Positions 50,738 to 54,096 of a stretch of DNA of 54,096 nucleotides are shown here, in pieces. Made by a program: the position numbers and the translations under genes. Origin of the DNA: Vicugna vicugna (Eukaryota); assembly GCA_013265495.1 (NCBI GenBank), contig MU057801.1:992001-1046096 (forward strand), given 5' to 3'. Under the pieces are notes generated by a model. That model saw only the letters and a program-made list of their open reading frames with translations, was not told where the DNA came from and searched no databases. How positions within the stretch are numbered: the first letter of the stretch is position 1; each line of letters starts with the position of its first letter.

Positions 50738-50935
50738 CAGTTGAACAACAAGGTCCTACTGTACAGCACAGGGAACTATATTCAATAGCTTTAATAAGCT
50801 ATAATGAAAACGAATATATATGTATAACTAAATCACTGTGCTGTACACCAGAATCTAATACAATATTATAAATCAACTATACCTCAATTAAAAAAATAAA
50901 TGAATAAAAATAAAAATACATTGTGCTCTAAGAAA
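50738..50935 (+). mobile_element. 5'-truncated LINE-1 3' end, copy 2
   Basis: aacaacaaggtcctactgtacagcacagggaactatattcaa... Perfect TSD aaaaagagtccatgtga (50721-50737 / 50936-50952). Confidence 0.9.
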
Positions 50936-51380
50936 AAAAAGAGTCCATGTGAGCTTGTAAAAAAAAATTAAAACACAAATGTTTTATTAAAGGACCCACC
51001 AAAAATGAGAAAAATTAATCCCTTCCATTCATTTGACTATTTTTCTTCATAATTCTGCTTTTGCAGATATCATCCCATCTGAGTCTCCCAGAAATGCCAG
51101 AGGTGTGATTACTGCTTGAGTTGGGGATGGGACACGACTCATTCATGACTCACAGAGTAAGAGCTAGAACCCACATTTCTTGACTTCTTGTCCAGTGCTC
51201 TTTCCAAACATCGGTTTAAGATAGCTAACACAACTTTGAATTTTTCGCTTTTTTAAGCCCTCTCTCCAATACTCAATAAAGTTAAGCACTTTAATATTCT
51301 GAACCTCTTTCAGAATTCAGCAAATAAGAGAAGTATTCTTGGCTGGGAGCCAACTCAGCCCTAGGTTTAGCTCTGACCTT

Positions 51381-52678
51381 GGACTAGTTACTCTATAACT
51401 TGAGCTGTGTTCTCTCAGAATCTGACCTTGAGACAAAAATTAGAGGGCAAGTACATTTTTCAGAGGGGATCTCAGGAAGCAGCACAGTAGGGGGAGCAGG
51501 GAAAAGAAACGTGGAAGGGAAAACAGCAAGAAACACTGAATTATCAATCATGGTACCATTGTTTGCAACTGGAGCTTACTCCTGCTACAGGAGCTTTGGG
51601 AGGTAAGGGGTTTGTAGCATCCAGCTCTCCCATTGGCTGGGTGCTAATTTCCTATCACTGCAGACCTGCCCCACAAGAGGCAGAGCAGACGCTAGCCACC
51701 AAAGAAGCTCTGAGGCAAAGAGCTTCGGGTGCTGGTGGTTGGATGGCGGGCCAACGTGCATGGAAATTGTTTGTGCCGTTGTATTTTCCAGGAGTGTCTT
51801 CAGCTAAATCTCGCAGCCCATATGTTCTGCAGTGTGCCTTTGCCACTCTCCCTTCAAGGGGTGGAATCTATTTCTGCCCCTTCTTGAATCTGAGTGAGCC
51901 CCATGACTGCTTTGCCAACAAAACATGGTGGAACATTGTCCCAGCTCCATTTCCTGTTTCCTGGAATTCTGGCTTCTAGAATACTCCCTCTCAGAACCCA
52001 GCCACCATGATGAGAGAATTCCAAACCTAGGACTAGTTACTCTATAACTTGAGCTGTGTTCTCTCAGAATCTGACCTTGAGACAAAAATTAGAGGGCAAG
52101 TACATTTTTCAGAGGGGATCTCAGGAAGCAGCACAGTAGGGGGAGCAGGGAAAAGAAACGTGGAAGGGAAAACAGCAAGAAACACTGAATTATCAAGCAT
52201 GGTACCATTGTTTGCAACTGGAGCTTACTCCTGCTACAGGAGCTTTGGGAGGTAAGGGGTTTGTAGCATCCAGCTCTCCCATTGGTTGGGTGCTAATTTC
52301 CTATCACTGCAGACCTGCCCCACAAGAGGCAGAGCAGACGCTAGCCACCAAAGAAGCTCTGAGGCAAAGAGCTTCGGGTGCTGGTGGTTGGATGGCGGGC
52401 CAACGTGCATGGAAATTGTTTGTGCCGTTGTATTTTCCAGGAGTGTCTTCAGCTAAATCTCGCAGCCCATATGTTCTGCAGTGTGCCTTTGCCACTCTCC
52501 CTTCAAGGGGTGGAATCTATTTCTGCCCCTTCTTGAATCTGAGTGAGCCCCATGACTGCTTTGCCAACAAAACATGGTGGAACATTGTCCCAGCTCCATT
52601 TCCTGTTTCCTGGAATTCTGGCTTCTAGAATACTCCCTCTCAGAACCCAGCCACCATGATGAGAGAATTCCAAACCTA
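51381..52678 (+). repeat. Direct tandem duplication, 2 x 649 bp (51381-52029 and 52030-52678)
   Basis: Identical ORF pairs offset by 649 nt. I see only two substitutions (51548 T / 52197 G; 51637 C / 52286 T). The unit contains an LTR16/33-like fragment and the 5' part of an MLT1. Confidence 0.97.
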
Positions 52679-52830
52679 GAGACGGAACAGGCTTGCATGC
52701 TGGTCAGCAGCCCCAGCTTAGCTCCCAGCTGACAGCCAGTATCAACCACTAGCCACAACGGTGAGTCTTCTTGGACGTCCAGCCCAGGAGAGCCTTCAGA
52801 AGACATCTGACTATAACCATATGAGGCACC

Positions 52831-53114
52831 TGACATGGTTTTATGTGTGATCTTGGCCAGGCTATGGTACTGGGTACTGAGTTATTTAAATGAACACTAA
52901 TCTAGATGTTGCTGTGAAGGTATTTTGTAGATGATGTAGTTAACATCTAAATCAGTTGACTTTAAATAAGAAGATTATCCTCAGTACTGTGGGTGGGACT
53001 CACCCAGTCATGATGCCTTAAGAGCAAAAACTGAGCTTTTATGGAGAAGAAGAAATTCTGCCTCAAGACTGATGCATCAGCTCCAGCTTGAGTTTCTAGA
53101 CAATTCCAAAGAAG

Positions 53115-53157
<43 letters not shown>

Positions 53158-53248
53158 GGAAAGGAGGAAGGAAGGAAGGGAGAGAGAAAGAATTATACAG
53201 TTGTATATATTATTTATTCTGTTTCTCCGAAGAACCCTTACTGATACA
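52831..53248 (+). mobile_element. ERVL solo LTR, MLT2-type
   Basis: TG...CA ends; ttttatgtgtgatcttggccaggcta...ctagatgttgctgtgaaggtattttgtagatg...ttctgtttctccgaagaacccttactgataca. Confidence 0.88.
53108..53192. repeat. Polypurine (GA)n/(GGAA)n microsatellite inside the MLT2
   Basis: Direct inspection. Confidence 0.95.
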
Positions 53249-54096
53249 GACCCAAGCAAGAACTACCTAGCTGAGCCCTGTCAGCTCACAGAAGAATGAA
53301 AGATAATTTTAAAAATCTTTTTAAAAAATCATTTATCATGCAACAGTAGCTAATCAGAACAGAATCTGACATTGTCTACTAAACCCTACTTCTCTGGACC
53401 AGTGTCATCATCCCTGCAGTGACTATCCTCTAGATTTACCTTTTAAGTCCCTTCAAACATTCTTGTTCTCAGAATCTCAGGACTCATTAATCAGAGGGAC
53501 TATTTTGCTGTCAATAAGTTGATAGTACACATTATATTAAGACCAAGACAAGCAAAATATGAAACAATTAATAAAAATGAAGTAAGATACTATAGACCAA
53601 TTCCTAAATGGTGGAAGTTGTAGGACGTGAAGAGGTTATAGAGTTAATTAAATAGTTGGTAAGTTAAGGTGAAAGAGGCTTCATTTTGCTTTTGCTGTAA
53701 AGTTACTCAAAGAAACCATAAATTATTTCTGTGGTTTTATGACAAGGGAGGTTTTATCTGATGCTTTTGAAAAACACAATGACACTGACCTTGTCTCCAG
53801 GCTTTCTATAGAATAAGAGGTAATCATTTGCTTTGATGATGTGGCCAAAATATTCCGGAGATGTAGTTGACTATTTTAATGGAAATAACGTGAGGCCCAA
53901 CTATTCTCCTGCTCTTGGAATGCCCAGGTGCATTCTTTGAGCTTTGAGGGGTCATGGGAAATCTTTGTGTTCCTCTTCCGCTCCCTCGCAGATGATTCTT
54001 TCCCCTTCTGTCCTTTTGTTGCCCAAAGATAATCATGTCACAGTTTCCAAACATGCTCATTAGAGATGTATTCCTAAGGAGAATTCAGCTTTGAAA

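Larger units (their letters stand above)
52470..53365 (+). mobile_element. MaLR LTR (MLT1-type) split by an MLT2
   Basis: ccactctcccttcaaggggtggaatcta...cttgaatctg...gactgctttgccaac...agcccaggagagccttcaga...catatgaggcacc | gacccaagcaagaactacctagctgagccc...gcaacagtagctaatcagaaca. Confidence 0.8.

Noticed and set aside
51563..52628. Two identical 138-aa ORFs as a duplicated gene
   Set aside because: They are a by-product of the 649-bp duplication of LTR-derived sequence and have no protein similarity I recognise.
1..54096. CRISPR array, operon, defence system or other novel protein-based system; also naming the neighbouring developmental gene
   Set aside because: The sequence is mammalian intergenic or intronic DNA with no repeat-spacer array or credible CDS, and nothing in the window identifies the target gene, so any name would be a guess.

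Overview
Mammalian non-coding genomic DNA, very probably camelid (two tRNA-derived SINEs of the Vic-1 type). I find no intact protein-coding gene, RNA gene, CRISPR array or prokaryote-type system. The only recognisable peptide similarity is to decayed LINE-1 ORF2. The window alternates between (i) transposon-dense tracts (L1 fragments, MIR, MaLR/ERVL LTRs, hAT and Tigger DNA transposons, several nested with visible target-site duplications, TSDs) and (ii) repeat-poor, CpG-retaining tracts rich in homeodomain/POU/SOX motifs: a small CpG island at ~2.4-3.2 kb, blocks at ~15.1, ~23.6-24.3 and ~31.9-34.5 kb, and a gene-less CpG-island cluster at ~42.7-49.2 kb inside an ~11 kb apparently transposon-free region. 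This pattern suggests the regulatory landscape of a developmental regulator lying outside the window, which I cannot identify. The best sequence-supported oddities are a 5'-inverted L1 carrying ~245 bp of non-L1 DNA at its inversion junction, two L1 3' ends stacked at one target site with the same truncation point, and a near-perfect 649-bp tandem duplication. Repeat family names come from my recall of consensus sequences and most boundaries are approximate; they need RepeatMasker/Dfam confirmation.
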